Shown: positions 9,888 to 17,717, counted from the first letter of the stretch. The stretch is DNA of 64,000 bases from Gemmatimonadota bacterium (GCA_039587215.1 JBDHIW010000001.1:2371-66370), one strand, 5' to 3'. Translations and numbers: made by a program. Notes: a model not told the origin generated them from the letters alone.

Positions 9888-10735
9888 CGACCGTGGACCG
9901 CGACACGCGCAGATCGGTGGCCGGAGTAGCGGTCTACTACATCCTGCTGATCGGAGCGAATTGGCTCCTGAGCCGGTACGTGCCCGCGTGGGCCGAGCTT
10001 TTTGCGCAGGGCCGTCTGGAAGAGCTGTCTCGGGCGCCGCTCGACCTCTCGGCCCCGCCGACCGGGAGCCCCCTCGCCACGTCCTGGCTCTCCGCCGGCG
10101 CGGCGATGGTCGGCGCCCTGCTGCTCGTGATCCCCGTTGCCTGGGTGTACATCATCACGAAGCGCAACCTGAGCTATGACCCCTCGGTGGTGCAGACGAT
10201 CATCATTCTGCCCATCGCCGTCGCCGGCATCGTTCTGGTCGTGCAGCACAGCCTCACGCTCGCCTTCAGTCTCGCGGGGATCGTCGCGGCCGTCCGCTTC
10301 CGGAACACGCTCAAGGACACCAAGGACGCCGTGTACGTGTTCCTGGCCATCGGGGTGGGCCTCTCCGCAGGCGTGCAGGCCTTCGCCATCGCGGTCACGA
10401 TGTCGGTCGTGTTTAACCTCGTGGTGCTGGGCCTGTGGCGCTTCAACGTGGGGAACATCTATGCCACGGCGGGCACACCGAGCGATGCCGGGTCGACGTA
10501 TCACGGCACCGTGCACGTGCGGGGAGGCGACCCGACGGAGGTGGCTCCTCTCGTGGAGGGCGTGCTCACGGCCGACACCAAGAAGTGGCAGCGCGTGGAC
10601 GACGTCGATGACGGCCTCGCGTACCTCGTCCAGTTCAAGAAGAAGAAGAACCCGCCGCCGGTCGTCGTCGAGACGATCCGCATGCGCGGGGCGCGCTTCA
10701 ACGTGCACGTCGAATACGTGCCGCACGGCGGCTGA
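9872..10735 (+). CDS. DUF4956-like multi-pass membrane protein
   Basis: 287 aa from GTG 9872 (alternative GTG 9893) with several hydrophobic helices. The core SLAGIVAAVRFRNTLKDTKDAVYVFLAIGVGLSAG resembles the conserved DUF4956 segment. A soluble C-terminal tail follows. Confidence 0.65.
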   Translation: MPGSLTTVDRDTRRSVAGVAVYYILLIGANWLLSRYVPAWAELFAQGRLEELSRAPLDLSAPPTGSPLATSWLSAGAAMVGALLLVIPVAWVYIITKRNLSYDPSVVQTIIILPIAVAGIVLVVQHSLTLAFSLAGIVAAVRFRNTLKDTKDAVYVFLAIGVGLSAGVQAFAIAVTMSVVFNLVVLGLWRFNVGNIYATAGTPSDAGSTYHGTVHVRGGDPTEVAPLVEGVLTADTKKWQRVDDVDDGLAYLVQFKKKKNPPPVVVETIRMRGARFNVHVEYVPHGG

Positions 10736-10741
10736 GCGCCC

Positions 10742-13700
10742 ATGACCGACGAGATTCGCTTCGACGTTCCCGTTCGCGACACGCTGTCGCGGCTTACGGA
10801 GGAGCCCCTCCCGCTGAGCATGCGCGAGGGCGCTTCGCGCCGCGACGCCTTCCGCGACGTGTTCTACGACACGAAGACGCGGGATCTGCATGAGCGGGGG
10901 ATCACGGTCACCATCCGCCACCGCGTGGACGACACCCGCGAACTCCTGCTCGGGATCTCCGGGCTCGGGACCGCGCGGATGGAGTATCGCGCCGAAACGA
11001 CAGCCAGCGACGCCACCGCGATCTTCGCCAGCGACTCCGACCCTGCACGGCGCCTGCGCGCGCTCGTGGACCCAAGCCGGCTCGTCTCGTGTCTCGAACT
11101 CACCGTCGACCGCCAGGTTCGCGCGGCGTGGAAGGGATTCATCCCCCGCGCGCAGTTCGAAGTGACGTACGAGTCGCTCATCGCCCGTGCCGAAGAGCTC
11201 AAGTCCGAGTACTGGCAGGTCGCGGTCCGGCGCATTCGGAAGGGCGGCCCTGAGCTCGAGGCCGTCGCCGCCGCCCTGGCGGAGCCGCACGGCCTGCGCA
11301 TCGCGCAGGACAACCCCCTGGCCCGCGGCATGCACGCGCTCGACACCATCGAGAGCCAGGCCCTGGTCGACGCGGTCCAGTCGCACCACGAGGTCACGGT
11401 GCTGGCGGTCGAATCCGGCCGGATCGCGCTGCAGCGCGCCCGGGACGACCTGCGTCTGCCGTTCCGCCTGGGCAGCGGGGAGGACATGTGCCGCGAGCTG
11501 ATGCGTGAGGCCTTCGGCAGCGGTGAGGGGCAGCTCGTAAAACTGGGCGTGGTTCCGGCCACCCCCAGCCGCCCGGCGATCGACGTGTGGCTCGCCCGTC
11601 GCCTCGCCCGTTCCGTCGCGTCCGCGACGGCGGCCTATCAGTGGTTCCTCCCGTCCGAGATTCTCGAACGCGTCGGGTCCCCCGTGCTGCGCGACCCGCG
11701 CACCCTGGCGGCGCTCACGATCGCGTCGCGCTCGGAGTCGCTGCCCGAATGGTCCGACGGCGCGCGCGAGGGATGGCGCGGCGAAACCAGCCTCCCGACC
11801 GACGAGTTCGCGGTCTCGTCACGCCAGACCCTGACCGCCCTGCAGGTCCCGATGCTCCGCGAGGAGGCCCTCGACGTCAAGACGCGCGCGCCCGAGCAGT
11901 ACCTCAACGCGGAGCTGAGCTGGCTCGCCTTCAACCTGCGCGTGCTCGCGCTCGCGGAGGACCCCTCGATCCCCCTCCTCGCCCGCGTGCGGTTCCTCGC
12001 GATCTCCAACATGAACCTGGACGAGTTCTTCCAGGTGAAGATCGCCGGACTCAAGCAGGCGACCGCCCTCGGGATCACCGACCTGTCGGCGGACGGCATG
12101 ACGCCGGAAGAGCAGCTGGATGCCCTGCTGATCCGTGTGCGGGCGTTCGTCGAGCGACAGTACCGCTGCCTGGAGGAGCTGATGCAGCGCGACCTCGTCG
12201 CGGAAGGCATCCGGATCCGACAGTGGTCGGATCTCACCGACGACGAGGCCGCCGGACTGCGAACCTATTTCGAGACGCAGGCCTTCCCACTGCTGACGCC
12301 GCGCGCCATCACGCGGGCACCGGGTCACCCGTTCCCGATGATCGACGAGCAGCAGATGTCGCTTGCCGTCCTCGTGCACGACCCGGCCACTCAGCGCACC
12401 CAGCTTGCGCAGCTCAAGGTTCCCGACTCGCTCCCCCGCTTCGTCCGCCTGCCCAACACGGACGACGTCGTCGCACTGGAGGAGATCATTCAAGCCTGCG
12501 CGGGGTCCCTCTATCCAGGACGTGAGATCGAGGGGATCTATCCGTTTCGCGTCATTCGGGCGGGTGACATCGACCTCGACGAGCGGTCCGCCTCGAGCTT
12601 CGCGCAGGCGATCGAGGAACAGCTCCGGCGTCGCGCTATCGCCCCCGTCGTGCGCTTCGACGCGGTTGCGACCATGCCCGACACGGTGCGGGACACGCTG
12701 CTCCGCGAGATGCGATTCGAGGACTCGAGCCAGTCCGGGGGGCTCACCGACGCCGACGTCTACGACGTGCCGGGCATGATCGACCTGAGTGGACTCTCGG
12801 ATCTCACCAAGCTGGCGCGCCCGGAACTGGACTATCCCGCGTTCACCGCCGCGAGCCCGTTCCCCGACGACCGCTCGATCTTCGACCTGCTCGACGAGGG
12901 CGACCGCCTCGTCCATCACCCCTACGACGCGTTCGCGTCCACCTTCGAGCGGTTCGTGGTCGAGGCGGCCGACGACCCCGACGTGGTCGCCATCAAGCTC
13001 ACGCTCTACCGCCCCGGCGGCCCGTCGCTCATGGGCGACGCGATCCGGCGTGCCGCCGAGTCGGGCAAGGACGTGTCGGTGTTCGTGGAACTCAAGGCGC
13101 GCTTCGACGAGCAACGGAACATTGGGTGGGCGAAACAGCTCGAGCGTGCGGGCATCCAAGTGGTGACCGGGCTGGTGAAGTACAAGACGCACGCGAAGAT
13201 CGCCCTGGTGGTGCGCCGCGCGGGCAGCGAGCTCAAGCGCTACGTCCAGATCAGCACGGGGAACTACAACCCGCACTCGTCGAAGCTGTACACCGACTTC
13301 GGGCTCTTCACCGCGGATCCCGGCGTCACCGCGGACGTGCACACGCTCTTCAACGAACTCACCGGATCGACCCAGGCGCCGCAGGCGGAATACGCGCACC
13401 TCCTCGTCGCACCGACGAACATGCGGGACCGGTTCCTGACGATGATCGAGCGGGAGATGGAGCACGCGCGCCGCGGACGGCCCGCGAGCATCCGCGCGAA
13501 GATGAACGCGCTGGCCGACCCAACGATCATCGAGGCCCTGTACCGCGCCTCGCAGAGCGGCGTCGACATCGACCTCGTCATCCGAGGCTTCTGTGTGCTG
13601 CGACCGGGCGTTCCGAACCTCTCGGAGCGGATTCGCGTCGTCTCCCTGCTCGGGCGGTTCCTCGAGCATGCACGCGTCTTCGCCTTCCACAACGGCGGCG

Positions 13701-13966
13701 AGCCTGAGTACTACCTCGGCTCGGCCGACTGGCGGCCACGCAACCTCAAGCGGCGTGTCGAGGTGATGGCGCCGGTGCGTGACCCCGAGCTCCAGGCCCG
13801 CCTGGACTCCATGCTCCGCGCAGAAATCGACGACGCGCTGGCCTGGGAACTCGGATCGGACGGGACCTATACCCAGGTGACGGCCCCAACTGGTATGGAG
13901 CTCGTCGGCTCCCAGGAGCTGTTTCTGCGCGAAGCCGCTGAGCGGCAGGCCGCCGCCACGCCCTGA
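10742..13966 (+). CDS. ppk1: Polyphosphate kinase 1 with ~384-aa N-terminal CYTH/VTC-like extension
   Basis: 1074 aa. Residues ~385-1074 carry PPK1 hallmarks (NAELSWLAFNLRVLALAED, RFLAISNMNLDEFFQVKIAGL, KYKTHAKIALVVR, GSADWRPRNLKRRVEV). Residues 1-~195 look like CYTH (DVFYDTKTRDLHERGITVTIRH...). Normal PPK1 is ~690 aa. Confidence 0.9.
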   Translation: MTDEIRFDVPVRDTLSRLTEEPLPLSMREGASRRDAFRDVFYDTKTRDLHERGITVTIRHRVDDTRELLLGISGLGTARMEYRAETTASDATAIFASDSDPARRLRALVDPSRLVSCLELTVDRQVRAAWKGFIPRAQFEVTYESLIARAEELKSEYWQVAVRRIRKGGPELEAVAAALAEPHGLRIAQDNPLARGMHALDTIESQALVDAVQSHHEVTVLAVESGRIALQRARDDLRLPFRLGSGEDMCRELMREAFGSGEGQLVKLGVVPATPSRPAIDVWLARRLARSVASATAAYQWFLPSEILERVGSPVLRDPRTLAALTIASRSESLPEWSDGAREGWRGETSLPTDEFAVSSRQTLTALQVPMLREEALDVKTRAPEQYLNAELSWLAFNLRVLALAEDPSIPLLARVRFLAISNMNLDEFFQVKIAGLKQATALGITDLSADGMTPEEQLDALLIRVRAFVERQYRCLEELMQRDLVAEGIRIRQWSDLTDDEAAGLRTYFETQAFPLLTPRAITRAPGHPFPMIDEQQMSLAVLVHDPATQRTQLAQLKVPDSLPRFVRLPNTDDVVALEEIIQACAGSLYPGREIEGIYPFRVIRAGDIDLDERSASSFAQAIEEQLRRRAIAPVVRFDAVATMPDTVRDTLLREMRFEDSSQSGGLTDADVYDVPGMIDLSGLSDLTKLARPELDYPAFTAASPFPDDRSIFDLLDEGDRLVHHPYDAFASTFERFVVEAADDPDVVAIKLTLYRPGGPSLMGDAIRRAAESGKDVSVFVELKARFDEQRNIGWAKQLERAGIQVVTGLVKYKTHAKIALVVRRAGSELKRYVQISTGNYNPHSSKLYTDFGLFTADPGVTADVHTLFNELTGSTQAPQAEYAHLLVAPTNMRDRFLTMIEREMEHARRGRPASIRAKMNALADPTIIEALYRASQSGVDIDLVIRGFCVLRPGVPNLSERIRVVSLLGRFLEHARVFAFHNGGEPEYYLGSADWRPRNLKRRVEVMAPVRDPELQARLDSMLRAEIDDALAWELGSDGTYTQVTAPTGMELVGSQELFLREAAERQAAATP

Positions 13967-13974
13967 CCCAGGAA

Positions 13975-14006
13975 CCCCTCGCGGGACACCGGTGTACCCG
14001 CGAGAG
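13975..14006 (+). terminator. Hairpin downstream of ppk1
   Basis: CTCGCGGGACACC/GGTGTACCCGCGAG is a near-perfect inverted repeat with one bulged A. It begins ~10 nt after the ppk1 stop. There is no clear T-tract. Confidence 0.45.
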
Positions 14007-14063
14007 GACAGAATACGGCGTGTGTCAATTCCGTAAGTCGTTTTGTGGCAGCTCCTTAGATTA

Positions 14064-14079
14064 TGGCACGCATCTCGCA
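14064..14079 (+). promoter_or_regulatory. Sigma-54-like -24/-12 promoter element
   Basis: TGGCACG-catc-TCGCA compared with consensus TGGCACG-N4-TTGCW gives one mismatch. It lies in a locally AT-richer intergenic patch, 67 nt upstream of the ATG at 14146, which has a strong AGGAGG Shine-Dalgarno. Confidence 0.35.
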
Positions 14080-14145
14080 ATTCTCGAAGGGCGCGATGGC
14101 GCGCACTGCGCCACGGGCATAGCTTGGACTTAGCAGGAGGCGCCC

Positions 14146-15822
14146 ATGCAGAAAGCACTGCTCTTCGCCGCACTCGCCGGATCGACCGTGGCAGCGGCCC
14201 CGACAGCGGTCCAGGCCCGCCAGGACGATCCCGCCGTCCAGATCACGCTCAACAAGCGTCAGCCGTTCGAGCGCGGTCACCGGGTGAGAGCGTTCGTGCG
14301 GACGGAAGACGACGGTTACCTGCTCGTCCTGCATGCCGAACCCGACGGGCGCATCCGCGTGCTCTTCCCGGTCGATCCGTACCGCGACGATTACGTGCGC
14401 GGCGGCCGTCGGAACGAAATCCGCGGGCGCGGAGATCGCGAAGCTTTCCGGGTCTTCGAGCGAAGCGGAATTGGGACCGTCTTCGCGGCCTTTTCCCGCG
14501 ACCCGTTCCAGCTCGGCGCGTTCATTCGCGAGGATCACTGGGACTACCGCGCGCTGGACGAGTGGCGGCTCACCGGAGACCGAGACGCCGAAGCAGAGCT
14601 CGTCGCGCTCGCGCAAGAGATCACCGGGCGCACGTTCTTCGAATACGACGTGCTGCACTACGGTGTCGGAGCCGAGTACGTCGCCCACGGCCACACGCAC
14701 TACCGATTCTCGGTCGGGCTGGGCTACGGCTGGCCTTACTACGGCTATGGATCCGGGTGGTACAGCGGCGCGCGGGTCTCCTTCGGCCCGTTCCACGTCG
14801 GGTACTACACGCGTCCGTACCGACGGTGGCGGTCACTACACTTCTGCGACCCGTTCGTCTACGACGCGTGGGCGTGCGGCCTGGCGTACGACCCGTACTG
14901 GTATGGCCGGCACTGGGATCCGTGGGTCGACTGGCGCTGGTACGCGCTCGAGCCCTATCGGACGGTGTACTACCAAGCACCGCGCGCGAGGGTCTACTAC
15001 CGCAGCCCGCGGTTCGGCCCCACCGCCATTGGGTATGGCAAGTACGCGTTCAAGAACGACGCGCAGTCCGGCCTGACCGGCGGCATCGGCGTGCGCCGTC
15101 GAGCACCGGAAACCTACCGGGTCGCCGATGCGCGGAGACGCTCGGCCCCCACGACCGTCGCTCCTGGGGTGCGTACCACGGCCGGCCGTCGCGCGGTCGA
15201 TGAAACTCCAGCGCAACGCGCAGGCGCCACCGAGCGGGCGCGGCCGCAGGGCTGGGGCATGACCGACGGGCGACGAGTCGTCCCGTCGACTGAGACCCCG
15301 GCAGCCGACCCGACTCGGAATCGGGCCGTGCCCGGCCGGCGGGGCGTCGATACGCAGCGACCCGAAGCCGGCGGGCAGGCGGTAGACCGTCGGCCGACGC
15401 GCCGCACCGGATCGGTCGCGCCGCCGAGGACTCGGGCGGACGTCGACGCGGTCGCACCTCGGCGCTCCACGGAGGAGTCCAGCGCCGACCGGGCACCGGC
15501 CCGGACACCGCGGCGGGTCACCGTCCCCGGACGGACCAGCCCGCGGCCGCAGGCGACGACGCAGCGTGCACCGACGCGATCGACACCGTCGGTCAGGCGC
15601 ACGCCCACGCGGAGTACGCCGAGCGCCCAGCGCGCGCCGGCCCGAGGCTCCGTGTCGCGGCAGCCGGCCCGCAGTTCGGGGTCGGTCCGACAGTCGCCTC
15701 GCCCGTCAGTGCGCCAACCGAGCCGGCCGACGGTCCGATCGTCCCGGCCCGCCGTACGCCGCGCGCCGGCACGCACCACCACCCGGCGACCGCGCCCCAC
15801 CGCGCGACGGCCGAAGCCATAG
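14146..15822 (+). CDS. Secreted DUF4384-like protein with aromatic-rich core and long Arg/Pro/Thr/Ser-rich C-terminal tail
   Basis: 558 aa with signal peptide MQKALLFAALAGSTVAAAPTAVQA. The DUF4384-like block is FERGHRVRAFVRTEDDGYLLVLHAEPDGRIRVLFPVDPY. A W/Y/G-rich middle follows, and residues ~313-558 are a basic low-complexity tail. A paralog lies at 34475-35413. Confidence 0.75.
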   Translation: MQKALLFAALAGSTVAAAPTAVQARQDDPAVQITLNKRQPFERGHRVRAFVRTEDDGYLLVLHAEPDGRIRVLFPVDPYRDDYVRGGRRNEIRGRGDREAFRVFERSGIGTVFAAFSRDPFQLGAFIREDHWDYRALDEWRLTGDRDAEAELVALAQEITGRTFFEYDVLHYGVGAEYVAHGHTHYRFSVGLGYGWPYYGYGSGWYSGARVSFGPFHVGYYTRPYRRWRSLHFCDPFVYDAWACGLAYDPYWYGRHWDPWVDWRWYALEPYRTVYYQAPRARVYYRSPRFGPTAIGYGKYAFKNDAQSGLTGGIGVRRRAPETYRVADARRRSAPTTVAPGVRTTAGRRAVDETPAQRAGATERARPQGWGMTDGRRVVPSTETPAADPTRNRAVPGRRGVDTQRPEAGGQAVDRRPTRRTGSVAPPRTRADVDAVAPRRSTEESSADRAPARTPRRVTVPGRTSPRPQATTQRAPTRSTPSVRRTPTRSTPSAQRAPARGSVSRQPARSSGSVRQSPRPSVRQPSRPTVRSSRPAVRRAPARTTTRRPRPTARRPKP

Positions 15823-15847
15823 CGCGGCAGGGAACGAGCGGCCGGAC

Positions 15848-15875
15848 CGAGGGGGAGCCCCAGGGCTCCCCCTCG
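15848..15875 (+). terminator. GC-rich hairpin after 14146-15822
   Basis: CGAGGGGGAGCCC-ca-GGGCTCCCCCTCG is a 13-nt inverted repeat; the real stem is ~11 bp after opening a loop. It starts 26 nt after the stop. Confidence 0.5.
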
Positions 15876-15961
15876 TGCGTTCGGGCCTCGCGGAACGCAG
15901 ACCACCGTGCTACTATCCCGAACAGAATTCTGACACCACCGTCGCCTGAGGAGATCCGTTC

Positions 15962-16207
15962 ATGTCGGCCGTGAAGATCGAGCACTTCGTCGAAAAACTC
16001 GAAGAGCTGAAGCGGGAAATGGATGCCGGGATGTTGCGGCACGGTGAGTACGACCAGCGGCTTGCCCGGGTCATCAGTGAGCTCCGCGACCGGAAGCTCG
16101 AGGCGACTCGAGAGGAGATCCACTCGACTCTGGACGACCTGCTCAGCCGCGGCGTGATCACGCCGTCCGTCAAGATCCACCTGCAGTCGCGGCTGGGCCT
16201 GGACTAG
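15962..16207 (+). CDS. Small hypothetical protein with SHOCT-like motif
   Basis: 81 aa with GAGGAG 8 nt upstream of the ATG. The helical charged sequence KLEELKREMDAGMLRHGEYDQRLARVISEL resembles the SHOCT short-domain pattern. A strong terminator follows. Confidence 0.55.
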   Translation: MSAVKIEHFVEKLEELKREMDAGMLRHGEYDQRLARVISELRDRKLEATREEIHSTLDDLLSRGVITPSVKIHLQSRLGLD

Positions 16208-16228
16208 CACGGCCGAACCGTCGATGTG

Positions 16229-16263
16229 CGACCCGACCCGCGGCCCGCCCGCGGGTCGGGTCG
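16229..16263 (+). terminator. Rho-independent-type terminator hairpin
   Basis: A perfect 15-bp stem CGACCCGACCCGCGG / CCGCGGGTCGGGTCG with a 5-nt loop, followed by TTGCGTTCGTG. It begins 22 nt after the stop at 16207. Confidence 0.65.
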
Positions 16264-16361
16264 TTGCGTTCGTGCGCCGATGAAGCGCTGCGTCGCGCGT
16301 TGTCCCACGAGTCGGTAGCTTGCATCATCCCCTGCAGGAACACCTCAATCGGGAGAGGACC

Positions 16362-17018
16362 ATGCGGAAGCTCGTGTTGACCGCGGCATGTGTCGCTTTG
16401 TGCAGCTCGACCGCGTTCGCGCAGACGGTGGGAATCGGCATCAAGGGAGGGACCCTCGGCGTCGGCGGCGATCTCGCCGTGCAGCTGCACGAGCGCGTCG
16501 GCGTGCGCGCCGGCATCGGCATCTTCCCGCTCACCCCGAAGTTCAACGTCTCGGACATCAGGTGGGCGATCGACCTACCGTCGCCTCAGTACTCGGCGAT
16601 GCTCGACCTGTTCTTACTGGGCCCCCTGCGGCTGACCGGCGGTGTCATGCTCTCGCCCGACGACATCATCGTGGACGCCGACCTCAGCGGCGTCACGACC
16701 ACAGTCGACATCGGCGGTACGGCCTACCAGGTGTCCGACGTCGGCACGCTCACGGGCGTGATCGTCAACAAGGATATCGCCCCGTACGCCGGGATCGGGC
16801 TTGGGCGCGTCGGCGGTCGGGGGCTCGGGTTCTTCCTGGACGCCGGGGTGGCATTCCAGGGAGCGCCCACGGTGACGCTGTCGTCCAGCGGCGGCACGCT
16901 CTCGGGCAATGCGGTGCTCAACACGGCGCTGAACACGGAGTCCGGACAGATCGAGGACGCGGTCGATCTCATCAAGTACTACCCCGTGCTCCAGCTGGGC
17001 ATCCGGTACGGCTTCTAA
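16362..17018 (+). CDS. Small outer-membrane beta-barrel protein
   Basis: I chose the ATG at 16362, preceded by GGGAGAGG (track ORF starts at 16320). Signal peptide is MRKLVLTAACVALCSSTAFA. Gly-rich alternating strands are present, and the C-terminal LQLGIRYGF ends in Phe, the typical OMP beta-signal. Confidence 0.65.
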   Translation: MRKLVLTAACVALCSSTAFAQTVGIGIKGGTLGVGGDLAVQLHERVGVRAGIGIFPLTPKFNVSDIRWAIDLPSPQYSAMLDLFLLGPLRLTGGVMLSPDDIIVDADLSGVTTTVDIGGTAYQVSDVGTLTGVIVNKDIAPYAGIGLGRVGGRGLGFFLDAGVAFQGAPTVTLSSSGGTLSGNAVLNTALNTESGQIEDAVDLIKYYPVLQLGIRYGF

Positions 17019-17051
17019 CGCGTCGGGCCGGCGGCACGCCGCCGGCCCGGT

Positions 17052-17717
17052 TCACCGCCCCAGTGAGACGTGGAGGTGGTCGGCCGTCCCGACGTGACGC
17101 AGCGTATCGAACCCCATCATCTCGAAGTACCACTGCGTGAGTGCGTTGCGGAGGCCGCTGCGCCCGTTCGTCCGAAGGTCCATGGCGTGGGCAAACCCGT
17201 CGTCTTGCACGAAGTGCCGCGACGATGTCAGAACGTCGAGTCCCATCGCGGCGTAGTCCTGCGGAACGCGATCGAAATCCGTCGCCACAAGATCCCGATC
17301 CACGACGAGCCAGGTCGACAACCCCAGTCGGAGAAGCGGGTGAATCGTCCGGTATTCGGTGCGCACGGCCTCCGTCTTGGCATTGGCCGCCGACAGGTGC
17401 ACGAGCCCGAGGCCGCAGTAGACGAGCACCGTCGGTGCCGCGACCCACTGCAGGACGAAGCGCCATCGCGCGCGGCCCGTCAGCCGACGAACGAGGATCG
17501 CCCCGTACACCGAGAGCACCACCGCCGCGCCGACGGCGGCCGCCGCGATCGCCGCGGCAGTGGGCCATGCCCGCTCGACATAGAGATAGGTGGCGCCGCG
17601 CACGAGGGTGACGAAGGGAAGCGCCACCAGCGCGAGCGCTGTCAGGAGCCGCACGCCGAGGCGAAACAGCAGCCCCACCGCCGAGCGGCGCCGGGTGACG
17701 GGTCGGTCGAGGTCCAT
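17052..17717 (-). CDS. Membrane protein with C-terminal LAS/M15-like zinc-peptidase-like domain
   Basis: Start chosen at MDLDRPV (track ORF extends to 17810). There are 3-4 hydrophobic helices. The C-terminus SSRHFVQDDGFAHAMDL...TADHLHVSLGR resembles the H..(G)xAxD ... DHxH arrangement of the VanY/M15 family. The family call is tentative. Confidence 0.55.
   Translation of the reverse strand: MDLDRPVTRRRSAVGLLFRLGVRLLTALALVALPFVTLVRGATYLYVERAWPTAAAIAAAAVGAAVVLSVYGAILVRRLTGRARWRFVLQWVAAPTVLVYCGLGLVHLSAANAKTEAVRTEYRTIHPLLRLGLSTWLVVDRDLVATDFDRVPQDYAAMGLDVLTSSRHFVQDDGFAHAMDLRTNGRSGLRNALTQWYFEMMGFDTLRHVGTADHLHVSLGR

Noticed and set aside
11819-14173. A 784-aa minus-strand ORF antisense to ppk1. 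Similar long antisense ORFs occur at 1550-3301, 4993-6396, 36584-38278, 49739-51277, 55380-56939 and 60024-61970.
   Set aside because: The reasoning is the same. They mirror strongly supported genes on the other strand, have low-complexity R/G/P/A composition, and have no family motifs. I did not call overlapping antisense genes.
15400-15822. Apparent tandem peptide repeats (R[AT]PTRSTPS, SVRQ/SRP units) in the basic tail, considered as a DNA-level VNTR.
   Set aside because: The repeated peptides are encoded by different codons (for example cgtgcaccgacgcgatcgacaccg versus cgcacgcccacgcggagtacgccg). This is compositional low complexity, not a recent tandem duplication.
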